From the NCBI GenBank assembly GCA_963749195.1, contig CAVVLX010000007.1, positions 396,031 through 460,030 of the forward strand: 64,000 nt of DNA. The letters are read 5' to 3'. A program made the translations under genes and the position numbers. The stretch comes from an uncultured Thermoplasmata archaeon (GTDB lineage: Archaea; Thermoplasmatota; Thermoplasmata; Lutacidiplasmatales; UBA184). Shown piece by piece: positions 1-10,592 of this stretch; position 1 is the first letter of the stretch; each line of letters opens with the position of its first letter. The notes below the pieces were generated by a model. That model made no database searches and had not been told where the DNA came from. It was given only the letters and a program-made list of their open reading frames with translations.

Positions 1-1330
1 GGTACGACCGTTCCGCGTCGTCCCATTGACCATGTTTTTCCGAGATCAATCCTCGATTCATCTGGACTTGCTGGAGCCCCAACTCGTAGCTCATCCGTTC
101 AAAGAGTCGACCCGCTTGTTCGTTGTCCCGTTGCGCTTCTTCTACCTGGCCCATGGCAAGTCGCATTTCCACTCCCGTGAGCAGCGCCCAAGCCACTGAA
201 CGAGCCTCATGACCCCGTTCCGCATACGCGCGGGCCTGTTCGAGATACTCCAATCCCTCCGCGGGTCGGGATTCGCCTACGGCGATCGCAAGATTGTGAT
301 ACGCTCGCGAGATTTCGGGCCAATCGCCGACCTCTCGCAGCCGGTCGATGGCGCGCTGGTACCATTGAATCGCGTCCTCCCGAACCTCCGGGCCGAGCAT
401 CGCGAACGAGTTCCCGATGTCAATGCAGAGGCGGCCCAGTATCCGTAAGTCATGCGACTCGGAGAGGATGTCGAGGGCGAGCATACTTTCGTCCAGCGCT
501 TCCCGATATGCCCCGCGGGCGAACGAAACTCGAGCCAACAGTCGATGGACCGAAGCGACTCCGAGTTGGTCGTCGGCCGATTGGAAGAGCTCCCGTGCTT
601 GGTTCGCTCCCCGGAGCGCCCCTTCCGCATCCAAATTCTCTCGCGCGACTTCGGCCCGGGCAAGAATGAGACGCGCCTTGAGACGAGAATCTACTCGATC
701 GCCATGCTCGAGCGCTTCTGTATAGAGCCGATCCGCCGATCGGACATCGCCCATCGAGTAGTAGAGGTCGCCCAGTTCTTCCGCGAGCTGGGTTTCCTCC
801 CGCGTGTGGTCGCCCGGTAGCGATCGGAGGTCGATATGGGCCCGCTCGAGATGATGGGTCGCCACTTCGGGAGTGTCGTCCATCCGGGCGAGTTCCGCGG
901 CCTTCCGATTGAACTCATACGATTTCTGAGGCACTTTGCCCAAGAAGAAGTGGCGACCGAGCTCCGGAATGATCTCGGGAGGCGGATCGGGATAGAGGCG
1001 TTCCATCGCTTCAGCGATCTTGCGGTGGAGAACCCGCAATCGGCTGGCCGTAAGCGACTTGTAGAGCCGGGCGCGCAGTTCTTCCTGAACGAATCCGAAG
1101 CGATCGCCCCCCACCCGCTCGCGCAAGATGCCAAGATGCGCCAGGCGTTCGACCTGTTCCGCGAGTTCTTCTTCGTGAGTTCCCATCGCGGCAACCAGGA
1201 GCTGAAAATCGAATTCACGCCCGATCGCGCTGGCATAGGCCAGGGTTCGAAGTTGGTCAGGGGTTAGCGAGTCAAGCCGGACCGTCGGCGATTCCCCGGA
1301 ACCCGGCGTGGCCGGGACGTCTTCGCCCAT
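1..1330 (-). CDS. Winged-helix plus TPR protein resembling the C-terminal half of STAND ATPases; partial, runs off the window start
   Basis: Absent from the ORF track because there is no stop in the window. Manual translation from ATG 1330: MGEDVPATPGSGESPTVRLDSLTPDQLRTLAYASAIGREFDFQLLVAAMG...RARLYKSLTASRLRVLHRKIAEAME...LGDLYYSMGDVRSADRLY...QMNRGLISEKHGQWDDAERSY. Confidence 0.85.
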   Translation of the reverse strand, partial: MGEDVPATPGSGESPTVRLDSLTPDQLRTLAYASAIGREFDFQLLVAAMGTHEEELAEQVERLAHLGILRERVGGDRFGFVQEELRARLYKSLTASRLRVLHRKIAEAMERLYPDPPPEIIPELGRHFFLGKVPQKSYEFNRKAAELARMDDTPEVATHHLERAHIDLRSLPGDHTREETQLAEELGDLYYSMGDVRSADRLYTEALEHGDRVDSRLKARLILARAEVARENLDAEGALRGANQARELFQSADDQLGVASVHRLLARVSFARGAYREALDESMLALDILSESHDLRILGRLCIDIGNSFAMLGPEVREDAIQWYQRAIDRLREVGDWPEISRAYHNLAIAVGESRPAEGLEYLEQARAYAERGHEARSVAWALLTGVEMRLAMGQVEEAQRDNEQAGRLFERMSYELGLQQVQMNRGLISEKHGQWDDAERSY

Positions 1331-1478
1331 CTAGTGGTAGCATGCTTCAGACGAGGGTTAAAGGTCTCGGAGTCGAACACGCAAGGGTTATCTCGCCCCC
1401 GGCGGCTTCGACACGGGTATGCTCTCGGGGACATCGGAATCATCGACCAAGGCGGATCAGAGCTCGACCATTCGCCAG

Positions 1479-1685
1479 ATGCCGCTCACGCGACGCGTCA
1501 GTTTCTGGGCCTTTGCGAGCCTGATTGTGCTGGCCGCGATCCTCTACGTGTGGTGGGGAGTCTCGTTCCACGTCTGGATCGACAATGGGCTCTACGCCGT
1601 CGTCATCACCCTGGCACTCTTTGGGCTGGCCGGGATGTGGCTGGTGATGCCGAACCCGCCGGTGCCGGTGCCGCCGCCTCCGTAG
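1479..1685 (+). CDS. Small two-TM membrane protein with Pro-rich tail
   Basis: MPLTRRVSFWAFASLIVLAAILYVWWG...AVVITLALFGLAGMWLVMPNPPVPVPPPP; fills the gap between two genes. Confidence 0.7.
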   Translation: MPLTRRVSFWAFASLIVLAAILYVWWGVSFHVWIDNGLYAVVITLALFGLAGMWLVMPNPPVPVPPPP

Positions 1686-1695
1686 CTCCCACCGA

Positions 1696-3123
1696 CTAAA
1701 TCGGCTGGGCTGCGACGGCCCATCGGGTAGGCTTCGAAGAGCGGCATGCGGTGCACGCCCCCGGTTCTCCGATCGGGATCGGGAGCGCTTCCTCCGGCGT
1801 TCCCAGGAGCGCCCCGGCGATCGCCTGTTCGATTTGATGCCCGCACTCTTCCGCACCGCACCAGGCGACGAGACGGACCTGGGAAGAATTCTCGAGTTCT
1901 CCCAACGTCCGGGCGACGGCGAAAGATTGCGAAAATGCCTCCCACGCGCGCGCCCGGAGTTGGGCATCGAACTGGGTCAACCGAGCGCGCACGGAATCGC
2001 CCAGGTGGTCCATCGAGAGGGTCGTTTTCTCCCCGAGGCGATCGACGACGGTGACGTGTCCCTGGTCCGCTTCTCGACGACCAATTTCTAGACGCAAAGG
2101 AACGCCGGCGGTCTCCCATCGAAAATACTTCGCGCCCGGTCGATCATCGCCCGCGTCAAGGTGGACCCGTAATCCGGCGGCCTGCAACATATCAGCGACC
2201 CGATGGGCCGCTTGCATCGGAGCGTCTCCTGATTGAACTCCGACGATCGGGACGATCACGACCTGGTAAGGAGCGATCGTGGACGGAAAGACGATTCCCT
2301 TCGCATCGCCATGGATCGCCACGACCGCGCCCAGCAGTCGCTCGGAGAGTCCAAAGGTCGTCTGGTTGACGAAGCGTTGGCTGCCATCGGCGGCCTCGTA
2401 CCGGATCGCATAGGGCCGGGAAAAATTCTCTCGATAATGGTGCGACGTACCTAGTTGGAGCGTCCGGGCTCCCCCGACCGGGGTGTCGAAGGCGATCGAG
2501 TAGTAGGCACCCGGAAACTTGTCCCACTCTGGTCGTCGCAGGGCAACGTAGGGTAGCACGAGCCCGTCGGCCATCGCGTGAAAAGCGCGGAGATTGGATC
2601 GAACGCGTTCATCGGCGGCCGCCTCATCGGCCTGGCAGGTGTGTTCCTCAAAGAAATGGATCTCCCGGACCCGCAGGAAGGGCCGGGTCGACTTGGTCTC
2701 GTAGCGGAACGTACTGACGATCTGGTAGACGTTCAGTGGCAGGTCCTTGTGCGATCGGACCCATAACTGAAAAATGGGGTACATCGCCGTCTCACTGGTC
2801 GGGCGCAGTACGAGGGGTATGTCGAGTTCCGTGAGTCCCCCCCGGGTGACCCAATAGACTTCCGCGTCGAAACCCTTGATGTGCTCCTTCTCCTTCTGAA
2901 ACTCGGTGGCGGGAATGAGGGTTGGAAATTCGACCGCCTTCGAACCGGTCGCTTCGATCTCCCGGATTAATATTTCGTCGAGGCGACGACGCGCCTGGAG
3001 CCCATAGGGGGTCCAGACGTTCATTCCTTTGACCGGATAGCGCTTATCGGTCAACGCCGCCGCGTCGAGGGCCGCGAGATACCAATCGAAGAACGCGAGA
3101 CGTTTGTCCGGCAGGTTGACCAT
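1696..3123 (-). CDS. proS: Proline--tRNA ligase, archaeal/eukaryotic type
   Basis: RYPVKGMNVW, LRPTSETAMY, FRYETKSTRPFLRVREI, anticodon-binding domain, C-terminal Zn motif. Confidence 0.97.
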   Translation of the reverse strand: MVNLPDKRLAFFDWYLAALDAAALTDKRYPVKGMNVWTPYGLQARRRLDEILIREIEATGSKAVEFPTLIPATEFQKEKEHIKGFDAEVYWVTRGGLTELDIPLVLRPTSETAMYPIFQLWVRSHKDLPLNVYQIVSTFRYETKSTRPFLRVREIHFFEEHTCQADEAAADERVRSNLRAFHAMADGLVLPYVALRRPEWDKFPGAYYSIAFDTPVGGARTLQLGTSHHYRENFSRPYAIRYEAADGSQRFVNQTTFGLSERLLGAVVAIHGDAKGIVFPSTIAPYQVVIVPIVGVQSGDAPMQAAHRVADMLQAAGLRVHLDAGDDRPGAKYFRWETAGVPLRLEIGRREADQGHVTVVDRLGEKTTLSMDHLGDSVRARLTQFDAQLRARAWEAFSQSFAVARTLGELENSSQVRLVAWCGAEECGHQIEQAIAGALLGTPEEALPIPIGEPGACTACRSSKPTRWAVAAQPI

Positions 3124-3272
3124 GGACGTCCGTGGCCGTTCGCCGGCCGGGTATATGGGCGTATGGGGAGGTCCGGGCTCGAAATCGACAGGCGCCGGTG
3201 GTCCGAAGCGCTGCGGAGGGGGCGGTCGCGACGCAAGCGGTTAAAGCCTCGTAAGACCCATTCCTTTGGGCC

Positions 3273-4361
3273 ATGCGGCTCGTTGTCTGCGTCGATCGCG
3301 ACGACGACCTCGGCCAGAAAGCCGGGGTCCGCGGGCCGGTGGTCGGGCGTCAACAGGTCGTCGAAGCGGCCACCAGTTTGGGCACGGCGGATCCCTCCGA
3401 CGCCGATACCAACGCGATGTTTGCGGCGGTCCACTTGTTGGACGAAATTCGCAAGGTGGGTGAGGAGTGCGAAGTCGTCGTCCTCACGGGATCTCCTAAG
3501 GTCGGGGTCCTCTCCGACCGAAAGGTCGCCGAGCAATTCGACACCGTGCTCGCGCGCATTCCGGCGCAATCCGCCCACCTGGTGTCGGATGGCGCGGAAG
3601 ACGAGTATCTCTTCCCCATTCTGGCCTCCCGCGTCAAGATCGATGGGGTGCACCGGATCTACATTCGGCAGAATGCGAGCCTCGAATCGACCTACTACAC
3701 CGTCGTCCGCGCACTCAAGGACCCGAAGCTCCGTGCGAAGACGGTACTGCCTCTCGCCTTCATCCTGCTGACCTTGGGCATCGCCGCGGCCGGCGGCGTC
3801 ATTTGGTGGGGGATCATCGGGTTGGCGATTCTCCTGGGCGTGTACTTGATCTTCTGGACGTTCGATATAGACGAAGCCCTGATCGACTCGATCCGGTCGG
3901 CCTCGACCGATATTCGTCAGGGATCCGTGGCCTTCGGGTTCGGCCTCTTCGCGCTCGCTCTAGTCGGCGTAGGCTTTCTCTCGGGCTACAACATCTACCT
4001 GAGCAACGTCGGGCAGACCCCCATCGACCGGTTACTGCTCTTCGCGCAGTCCGGTCTCCTTTGGTGGATTTTGAGTGCTCAAGTATGGGAATCCGGCCGA
4101 GCGATCCGACGCTACTTCTCCTTTGGACGAGTTCCACGATCCTTTGCGATCGCGACCACCTCGATCGTGGGGATCGGCTTCCTCAGCTACGGGATCATTT
4201 ACCTCGTAAAGTATCTCGAATCCGCCCTTCCGCCCGTGCAGACCCCGCTGCTCGTCGCCTACATCGTCCTGGGTCTTGCGCTCGTGATCGTGGCCGGAGT
4301 CCTGCAGCAGTACCTCAAAGCCCGGGCGGCGGCATCGGCCGCCGGCGCGCCGGCATCGTGA
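3273..4361 (+). CDS. DUF373 family archaeal membrane protein
   Basis: LVVCVDRDDDLG...DPSDADTNAMF...VSDGAEDE...RQNASLESTYY, followed by multiple TM helices. Confidence 0.9.
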   Translation: MRLVVCVDRDDDLGQKAGVRGPVVGRQQVVEAATSLGTADPSDADTNAMFAAVHLLDEIRKVGEECEVVVLTGSPKVGVLSDRKVAEQFDTVLARIPAQSAHLVSDGAEDEYLFPILASRVKIDGVHRIYIRQNASLESTYYTVVRALKDPKLRAKTVLPLAFILLTLGIAAAGGVIWWGIIGLAILLGVYLIFWTFDIDEALIDSIRSASTDIRQGSVAFGFGLFALALVGVGFLSGYNIYLSNVGQTPIDRLLLFAQSGLLWWILSAQVWESGRAIRRYFSFGRVPRSFAIATTSIVGIGFLSYGIIYLVKYLESALPPVQTPLLVAYIVLGLALVIVAGVLQQYLKARAAASAAGAPAS

Positions 4362-4364
4362 ACG

Positions 4365-4982
4365 TCAGGCCGGGTCCGGCCGACGACGTTCGAGGCGCTG
4401 GAGATCTTGGAGAGGAACATCCAGACCACATCGCTCGCGCAACGTAGCGGCGATCGCGTCGAGCTCCGGATCGATCTGCGCTGCGCGATCGGCCAGCGTG
4501 GCGAGATCCTCCCAGTAGTTCCAGGGAAAGACGACCCAAACCCACTGGTCGCGAGGGATGAGTTCCGCGAAGTACGTCGGAGTGAATTTCGAATGATCAA
4601 TGTGGAGACAGACGGCGCTCTCCACTTGCGCCGCGCCCGCCGCAGCGACATGCTGCGTCGCGAGCTCCAGGCTCTCTCCCGTATCGGTAATGTCATCGAC
4701 GACGAGGACCTTCAGCCCCTTGACCGAACCGCTGAGCCCTTCGGTCAGTTCGGCTTTCCCGCTCGGCGTAGCGGTCACGCCCCAATGCTGGAGGCGCAGC
4801 GAGAGGATGCGCTTGACTCCAAGCCGGTCGGCTAAGAGCCGGGCCGGGACCCACCCCCCGCGCGTCAGTCCGACGAGGACGTCGGGCCCGTGCCGCGCGG
4901 CTCGGACTTGCGCGGAGATATGATCGGCCCACTGATCGACTTCGGACCATTGGGTTCTTCGGCAGCGGGGAAACTCCGGCAT
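4365..4982 (-). CDS. Purine phosphoribosyltransferase (archaeal HGXPRT-like)
   Basis: VGLTRGGWVPARLLAD, PRPP loop VLVVDDITDTGESL, WVVFPW. Confidence 0.9.
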   Translation of the reverse strand: MPEFPRCRRTQWSEVDQWADHISAQVRAARHGPDVLVGLTRGGWVPARLLADRLGVKRILSLRLQHWGVTATPSGKAELTEGLSGSVKGLKVLVVDDITDTGESLELATQHVAAAGAAQVESAVCLHIDHSKFTPTYFAELIPRDQWVWVVFPWNYWEDLATLADRAAQIDPELDAIAATLRERCGLDVPLQDLQRLERRRPDPA

Positions 4983-5012
4983 GGTCGAATGGAAGGGGTT
5001 GGGCGCGGCGCC

Positions 5013-6274
5013 CTACGGGTAGATGCCGCGGATTTTGATCGCGTCGACGACCCGCTGGATCGCGAGAATGTAGGCCGCCGTCCGATTGTGCACCTTTTGA
5101 TCGGTCGCCACTTTGTAGACGTCGGCGTAGGAGCGCACCATCACGCGCTCCAATCGATCATTGACCTCTTGCAGGCTCCAATAGAACCCTTGGATGTCCT
5201 GCGCCCATTCAAAGTAGCTCACGGTCACGCCCCCCGCGTTCGCCAACACGTCGGGCAACACCGTGATCTTCTTTTGGAAGAGAATTTCATCGGCCTCTGG
5301 TAGGGTGGGGCCGTTGGCGGCCTCGGCCACAATTCGACTCTCGATCTTGTCCGCGTTCTTCTTTGTGATCTGGTTCTCGAGCGCGGCCGGTATCAGGATA
5401 TCGGCTTTCGTCTCGAGCACTTCCTCGTTCGTGATCGATTTCGCGCCCGGAAAACCCACGACGCTCCCCGTCTTCTTCTTGTGGGCTTCGACCGCATGCG
5501 GATTGAGGCCATCGGCCTTGTAGATCCCTCCCTTCGAATCCGAAACCGCTACGATCTTCGCACCTTGTTCGTCATTGAGAATCTTGGCCGCCACGCTCCC
5601 TGCATTTCCAAAGCCCTGGACGGCGACCGATCCGCCTTTGACTTTGACGCCCGCGTGCGGGGCCGCCTCGCGGATCACGTACGCGCAACCGCGGCCGGTC
5701 GCCTCCCCGCGACCTTCACTTCCTCCAAGGGAGATCGGTTTCCCGGTAACTACCCCGGGCACCGAGTACCCTTTTTGCATCGAGTAAGTGTCCATAATCC
5801 AAGCCATCGTTTGGGAGTCCGTGTAGACGTCCGGTGCAGGAATATCCATCTCCGGCCCAATGATCGCCGAGATCTCGCTAGCGTAGCGTCGCGTCAATCG
5901 CTCGAGTTCGCCCATGCTGAGGTGCTTGGGATCGCAGATCACGCCCCCCTTCGCCCCTCCGTAGGGAATATTGACCACGGCACACTTCCAGGTCATCCAC
6001 GCCGCGAGCGCGCGCACTTCATCGAGCGTGACTTGCGGGTGGTATCGAATCCCTCCCTTAGTGGGTCCTCGAGCCATGTTGTATTGGACGCGATATCCGG
6101 TATAGACTCGGTAGGAACCGTCGTCGAGTCGAACCGGGAAATTGACGGTCAACTCCCGTTTCGGATGCTTCAGGACCTCCCGGACCCGGCATCGAGTCCG
6201 AGGATTTCGGCCACAATGTCGACTTGGCGCTTCGCGGTTTCAAACGGATTAATGACGGCAGAATTACTTTCCAT
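5013..6274 (-). CDS. gdhA: Glu/Leu/Phe/Val dehydrogenase (glutamate dehydrogenase) with a 1-nt frameshift near 6185-6187
   Basis: GPTKGGIRYHP, MTWKCAVVNIPYGGAKGG, DIPAPDV, VQGFGNAG. N-terminus MESNSAVINPFETAKRQVDIVAEILGLD starts at ATG 6274 (GGTGA RBS) in another frame; adding one G restores DAGVREVLKHPKRELTV. Confidence 0.93.
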
Positions 6275-6409
6275 CACACTCACCTGTGAGTACGATGGGA
6301 GTCGAGCCAGCCTACTTGAATCTAGCGAGGGACTGTTATGGCGGCACATGGGTCGCGCTACGGAGGGGCTTGCCCGCGAACCCCAGTCGGCTTACCGTTG
6401 AACGCCGAC

Positions 6410-7384
6410 TTATCCGAAGGGTCGCCATCCTGCATGAGGGAGCTCGACGACTTTTTTCCCATCCTGGATCCAAGCCCCTCTCCCAACCTCGACTCGCCCT
6501 ACGATCGTGATCGGAGTGTGGAGTCGCTGGAGAATTCGCCGAACACCTGACCATTGCGACCGGGCCACCGACGCACACAGCTCGTAATCTCCGCCAAAAA
6601 AAATCCATCGGTCGACGACCGAGCGCGCCACTGACCGCCGCATCCACCCCGGGAACAAAGGAAGCCGATCTCGTTCGAGGATCACCTTCACCCGACTTGC
6701 GCTCGCCAATATGTGGGCCGCTTCCGCCAGTCCGTCCGACGTGTCGAGCATCGCGTGGACTCGCTTCCCCAGCGCGCATCCCTCCGCCACGCGAGGTTGA
6801 ATCTCGAGCAGGCGTCGAAGGGTCCTGGCGGAGGCCGGAGTATGTCGGGAGAGCTCTGAAGCCGCCCATCCACCCCGCCCGACCGAGCCCGTTGTGATCA
6901 CGAGGTCACCGGGCCGGGCATGACTCCGAGGCGCGAGGGTATCGGTCCGACCTAGCGCTGCGACAGTGGAAACGATGGCGCGTCGCGACGAAGGCTTCGT
7001 GTCTCCTCCCACAACATGACAGTGGAAGCGCGCAGCCATCTCTTCGGCGCCCCGGGCGAGCTCCCGCGCCCAGAATTCCGAACTTCCACGAGGGACTAGT
7101 ATGTCCAAAAGGACGGCCACGGGGCGGGCAGACTTTGCGGCAGCATCCGAGAGCGAAACCGCCGTTGCGGCCCGCCCGATCAATCTGGGAGGGGATCGCT
7201 TCAGGAAGTGCGTTCCCTCGACCAGCGCATCGGTCGTGAGGACGAGTACGCGACCCTTGCCCAGCGCGATTGCCGCGGCATCGTCGCCGAGCGGAAGGAG
7301 TCCGGATCGTCCGGCCGGCAAGTTTTCCATGAGCCATCGATGAAACGACGCCTCCCGGATCGGGCGGGCCGGGGAAGCTTGCAT
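6410..7384 (-). CDS. thiL: Thiamine-monophosphate kinase
   Basis: LGDDAAAI, TTDALVEGTHF, SLSDAAA, VVGGDT, MLDTSDGL, GGDYEL. Confidence 0.92.
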   Translation of the reverse strand: MQASPARPIREASFHRWLMENLPAGRSGLLPLGDDAAAIALGKGRVLVLTTDALVEGTHFLKRSPPRLIGRAATAVSLSDAAAKSARPVAVLLDILVPRGSSEFWARELARGAEEMAARFHCHVVGGDTKPSSRRAIVSTVAALGRTDTLAPRSHARPGDLVITTGSVGRGGWAASELSRHTPASARTLRRLLEIQPRVAEGCALGKRVHAMLDTSDGLAEAAHILASASRVKVILERDRLPLFPGWMRRSVARSVVDRWIFFGGDYELCASVARSQWSGVRRILQRLHTPITIVGRVEVGRGAWIQDGKKVVELPHAGWRPFG

Positions 7385-7406
7385 TCCGGGACCCCAACTC
7401 GTGGGC

Positions 7407-8597
7407 TCACTTGTAGGGAAGGAACTCCTTTCCCAAGAGTTCGCGCCCGAGGATGATTCGCATGATATTGAGCCCCCCCTCCGCCCCGACAAGATACGAC
7501 ATGATCCCACGGAGTCCCATCTCGAGACCAACGTCTTTTGTGTAGCCGGCGGCGCCGAACCACATCATCACGCGCTTGATGGTCTCGAAGGCGATCGGTG
7601 GGGCAGTCAGCTTCACGGCCGCCACGGCGCGGTCGACTTCGGATCGGTGGCTCGTGTCGCCACGGAGCGTGTAGGTATCAAGGAGCCACGCGGCCCGGCG
7701 GCACTGCCACTTGACCGCTTCCAGCTGAGTATAGAGATCGACGAGCTCGAACTGGATTCCCTCGAACTTCGCGAGCGGGCTACCGAACGCCGATCGCTGC
7801 TTGATGTAGGCCATGCCCGTTTCTAGCGCCCTTTCCGCCGCCCCGATGCATGCGGCCGACACGAAGGTACGGGCGATGGTGAAGCCCTCCATGGCGCACT
7901 CGAATCCATGGCCCTCTGGCCCGATCAGATACTTCGCCGGCACCACGACATCGGCGTAGGTTAGGGCACCCGTCGAGATGCCCATGCGTCCCATATTGTC
8001 GAATTTTTGCGTAGCGATGCCCGGGGATTTCGTGGGCACGTACAGGAAGTTGAACCCAGCGTCGGGGCTGCGGGTGAGCGTGAGGTGACCACCTCCCATT
8101 GACTTGGCCTCTTCGACCCCGGAGAGAAACGCCTTCTCACCACGGACTCGAAAGACATTCCCGTCCCGACGCGATTCCGTTCGCATGTGCGCAAGATCGC
8201 TTCCACCCGTGGGTTCCGTGGTCGCAATCCCGAGGAACGCGCGTCCCTGACAAACCGGCGGGAGGACCTCTTTCTTGGCTTCTTCCGTGCCGTGTCGACT
8301 GAGGATGTAGCCCCATCCCGCCTCCAACAGGAAGAAGACGGCGGTGGCCATCGACGAATCGCCTCGACCAATCTCCTCGGCGGCGAGTTCCGTGAGAACC
8401 GCAGAAGCACCGATCCCGCCGTACTCGGAGGCGACAGGCATCGCGAGCAGGCCGAGATCTGCCATCGCGGCCAGCACTTCTGGAGGAATCCGACCCTCCG
8501 TGTCGATACGACGTTCGTTCGGACGGAGGACCTTGTCGCCAAACCGCCGGACCGCATCCTGAAAGGCGCGTTCCTCGTCGGAGAGCTCAAAGTCCAT
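7407..8597 (-). CDS. Acyl-CoA dehydrogenase family protein
   Basis: MDFELSDEERAF, EYGGIG, TEPTGGSDL, YIKQRSAFGSPLAKFEGIQFEL. Confidence 0.93.
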   Translation of the reverse strand: MDFELSDEERAFQDAVRRFGDKVLRPNERRIDTEGRIPPEVLAAMADLGLLAMPVASEYGGIGASAVLTELAAEEIGRGDSSMATAVFFLLEAGWGYILSRHGTEEAKKEVLPPVCQGRAFLGIATTEPTGGSDLAHMRTESRRDGNVFRVRGEKAFLSGVEEAKSMGGGHLTLTRSPDAGFNFLYVPTKSPGIATQKFDNMGRMGISTGALTYADVVVPAKYLIGPEGHGFECAMEGFTIARTFVSAACIGAAERALETGMAYIKQRSAFGSPLAKFEGIQFELVDLYTQLEAVKWQCRRAAWLLDTYTLRGDTSHRSEVDRAVAAVKLTAPPIAFETIKRVMMWFGAAGYTKDVGLEMGLRGIMSYLVGAEGGLNIMRIILGRELLGKEFLPYK

Positions 8598-8727
8598 ACG
8601 ATCGCCAGTCGAAGCCCGCTCGGGTAAAAGAGTATCCGCGAGGGATCTCGAAAGGGAGCCGACGGACGTCGGCTCCTCGGGCAACTCCTATAATCTTGCC
8701 CCTACTCCGGCGCATTGCAGGTCCGAG

Positions 8728-9744
8728 ATGGGCGTACGCGTCGGAGTCAATGGCTACGGCACGATCGGCAAGCGAGTGGCCGATGCGATCGCCAAGCAAC
8801 CGGACATGACCTTGGTCGGTGTAGCCAAAACGCGTCCGAGCTTCGAAGCCCGCTCAGCGGTCTCGAAAGGGATTCGTTTGTTCGTTACCGGAGAAGGCGA
8901 TGTCGAGGCGTTCCGCGACGTGGGATTGCCGGTCGCGGGGCGAATCGAGGAGCTCCTGAAAGAAGTCGACGTGATCGTCGATGCCGCCCCGGAACGGGTG
9001 GGGGGCGAGAATCTACGGCTATACGAGGCGGCGAACGTGAAATCGATCGTTCAGGGGGGGGAAAAAGCGGAAGCGGCCGAGGTGTCGTTCAGCGCCCTCG
9101 CGAACTATGCGGCCGCGCGCGGGAAGCGGCGCGTTCGGGTCGTCTCCTGCAACACCACTGGCCTGGCCCGAGCCGCGGCGGTTTTAGAACCGAACTGGGG
9201 AATCGACCATTGGGAAGCGACGATCATTCGCCGGGCTGCCGATCCGCCCGAGTCGAAGCGGGGGCCGATCAACGGAATCCTGCCGACCTTTCATTTGCCG
9301 TCACACCACGGGCCGGATGTACGGACGATCTTTCCCAACTTGGTCATCAATACGATGGCAGCAGTAGTTCCCACGACGTTGATGCACGTTCACGTCAACC
9401 ACGTTCGGCTGAAGCGCGCTCCTGCTGGGGGAAAGGAAATGGTGGACGCGTTCCGACGGACCCCGCGGTTCCACGTGTTCGCCGAGTGGGAACACGTCGA
9501 CGGAACGCCGCAAGTGATGGAGTACGCGAAGGATCGGGGCCCCGGATCGCCCGACATGATGGAAAACGTGCTCTGGGAGCACGGTCTGAAGCTTGACGGG
9601 AGGGACGCCTATTTCTTCCAAGCCATCCACCAAGAGTCAGTCGTGGTTCCGGAGAACATCGATGCGATTCGAGCGATGTTCGAATTGGCGCCCGACGCGG
9701 CTCATTCGATTGAGATGACCGATAAAGCCCTCCACCTTCGTTGA
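8728..9744 (+). CDS. gap: Glyceraldehyde-3-phosphate dehydrogenase, archaeal type II
   Basis: GVNGYGTIGKRVADA, QGGEKA, RVVSCNTTGL, PSHHGPDV, IHQESVVVPENIDAIRAM. Confidence 0.97.
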   Translation: MGVRVGVNGYGTIGKRVADAIAKQPDMTLVGVAKTRPSFEARSAVSKGIRLFVTGEGDVEAFRDVGLPVAGRIEELLKEVDVIVDAAPERVGGENLRLYEAANVKSIVQGGEKAEAAEVSFSALANYAAARGKRRVRVVSCNTTGLARAAAVLEPNWGIDHWEATIIRRAADPPESKRGPINGILPTFHLPSHHGPDVRTIFPNLVINTMAAVVPTTLMHVHVNHVRLKRAPAGGKEMVDAFRRTPRFHVFAEWEHVDGTPQVMEYAKDRGPGSPDMMENVLWEHGLKLDGRDAYFFQAIHQESVVVPENIDAIRAMFELAPDAAHSIEMTDKALHLR

Positions 9745-9908
9745 CCTTACAGGGTCTCGTAGTTCGAACCCGTCGAGGAACTGACCGGTCCTCGACAAGT
9801 GGGGCGCTTCCCTGCGGTAGATGGGTTGGCTCGCTCGTCTCGATGCCCCATCCTCACCGGCTTGGCAACCCCAAGAATCTTATACAGCACTTCACTCGCG
9901 CGCGAGGC

Positions 9909-10592
9909 ATGTATTATCTCGATCATCGACGGGATGTCGTCCGGATTCCCCCGGAGCGACTCGGGCCAGAACTCGCCGGCGTCCTCACGGAGCTCGCGCA
10001 ACAACAGTTCGAAGGCAAACTCGTCGACGCCCAGAACCTAACGGTCATCATTCGGGACGTGAAGCCGATCGGAGAGGGCCATATCATTCATGGCGACGGC
10101 GGCGTCTACCAAGAGGTCGAGTACCAAGCACTCCTCTTCCGTCCCGAGATCCAGGAGGTCGTGGAAGGGGCTGTAGTCGAAATCCGGAAGTTCGGAGCAT
10201 TCGTTCGATTCGGTCCTCTAGATGGTCTGCTCCACGTCTCTCAGATCATGGACGACCGGGTGAACATCGATGAGCACAATCAACGCCTCGTGGGGGTCGA
10301 GACCAAAAAAGACCTCAAGGTCGGCTATAAAGTTCGAGCTCGCGTGGTGTCGCTTTCCTTATCGGAAATATCTCCGAGGGACAGTCGAATCGGTTTGACC
10401 ATGCGCCAGCCCGGATTGGGCCGCTTAGAATGGATTGTGGAAGCCCACAAGAAAGGAGAGGAGAAATCCGGTAAGAAAGCAGCTCCCAAACCGGCCGGAC
10501 GGAATCTGTCCCCCGGAAAAGTAGCGGCCATCTCGAAGCCGGTTTCGTCGGCCAAGGCGCCGCCGCCTGCCGTTGCGGAGAAGAGCGCATGA
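9909..10592 (+). CDS. rpo7: DNA-directed RNA polymerase subunit E' (Rpo7) with Lys/Pro/Ala-rich tail
   Basis: DVVRIPPERLG, GEGHIIHGDGGVY, FGAFVRFGPLDGLLHVSQIMDD, IGLTMRQPGLG. Confidence 0.96.
   Translation: MYYLDHRRDVVRIPPERLGPELAGVLTELAQQQFEGKLVDAQNLTVIIRDVKPIGEGHIIHGDGGVYQEVEYQALLFRPEIQEVVEGAVVEIRKFGAFVRFGPLDGLLHVSQIMDDRVNIDEHNQRLVGVETKKDLKVGYKVRARVVSLSLSEISPRDSRIGLTMRQPGLGRLEWIVEAHKKGEEKSGKKAAPKPAGRNLSPGKVAAISKPVSSAKAPPPAVAEKSA

Noticed and set aside
6180..6190. Frameshift in gdhA as programmed frameshifting or a pseudogene
   Set aside because: One missing G in a short G run restores an otherwise intact 420-aa protein, and there is no slippery heptamer. Most likely a homopolymer sequencing error; a read pileup would settle it.
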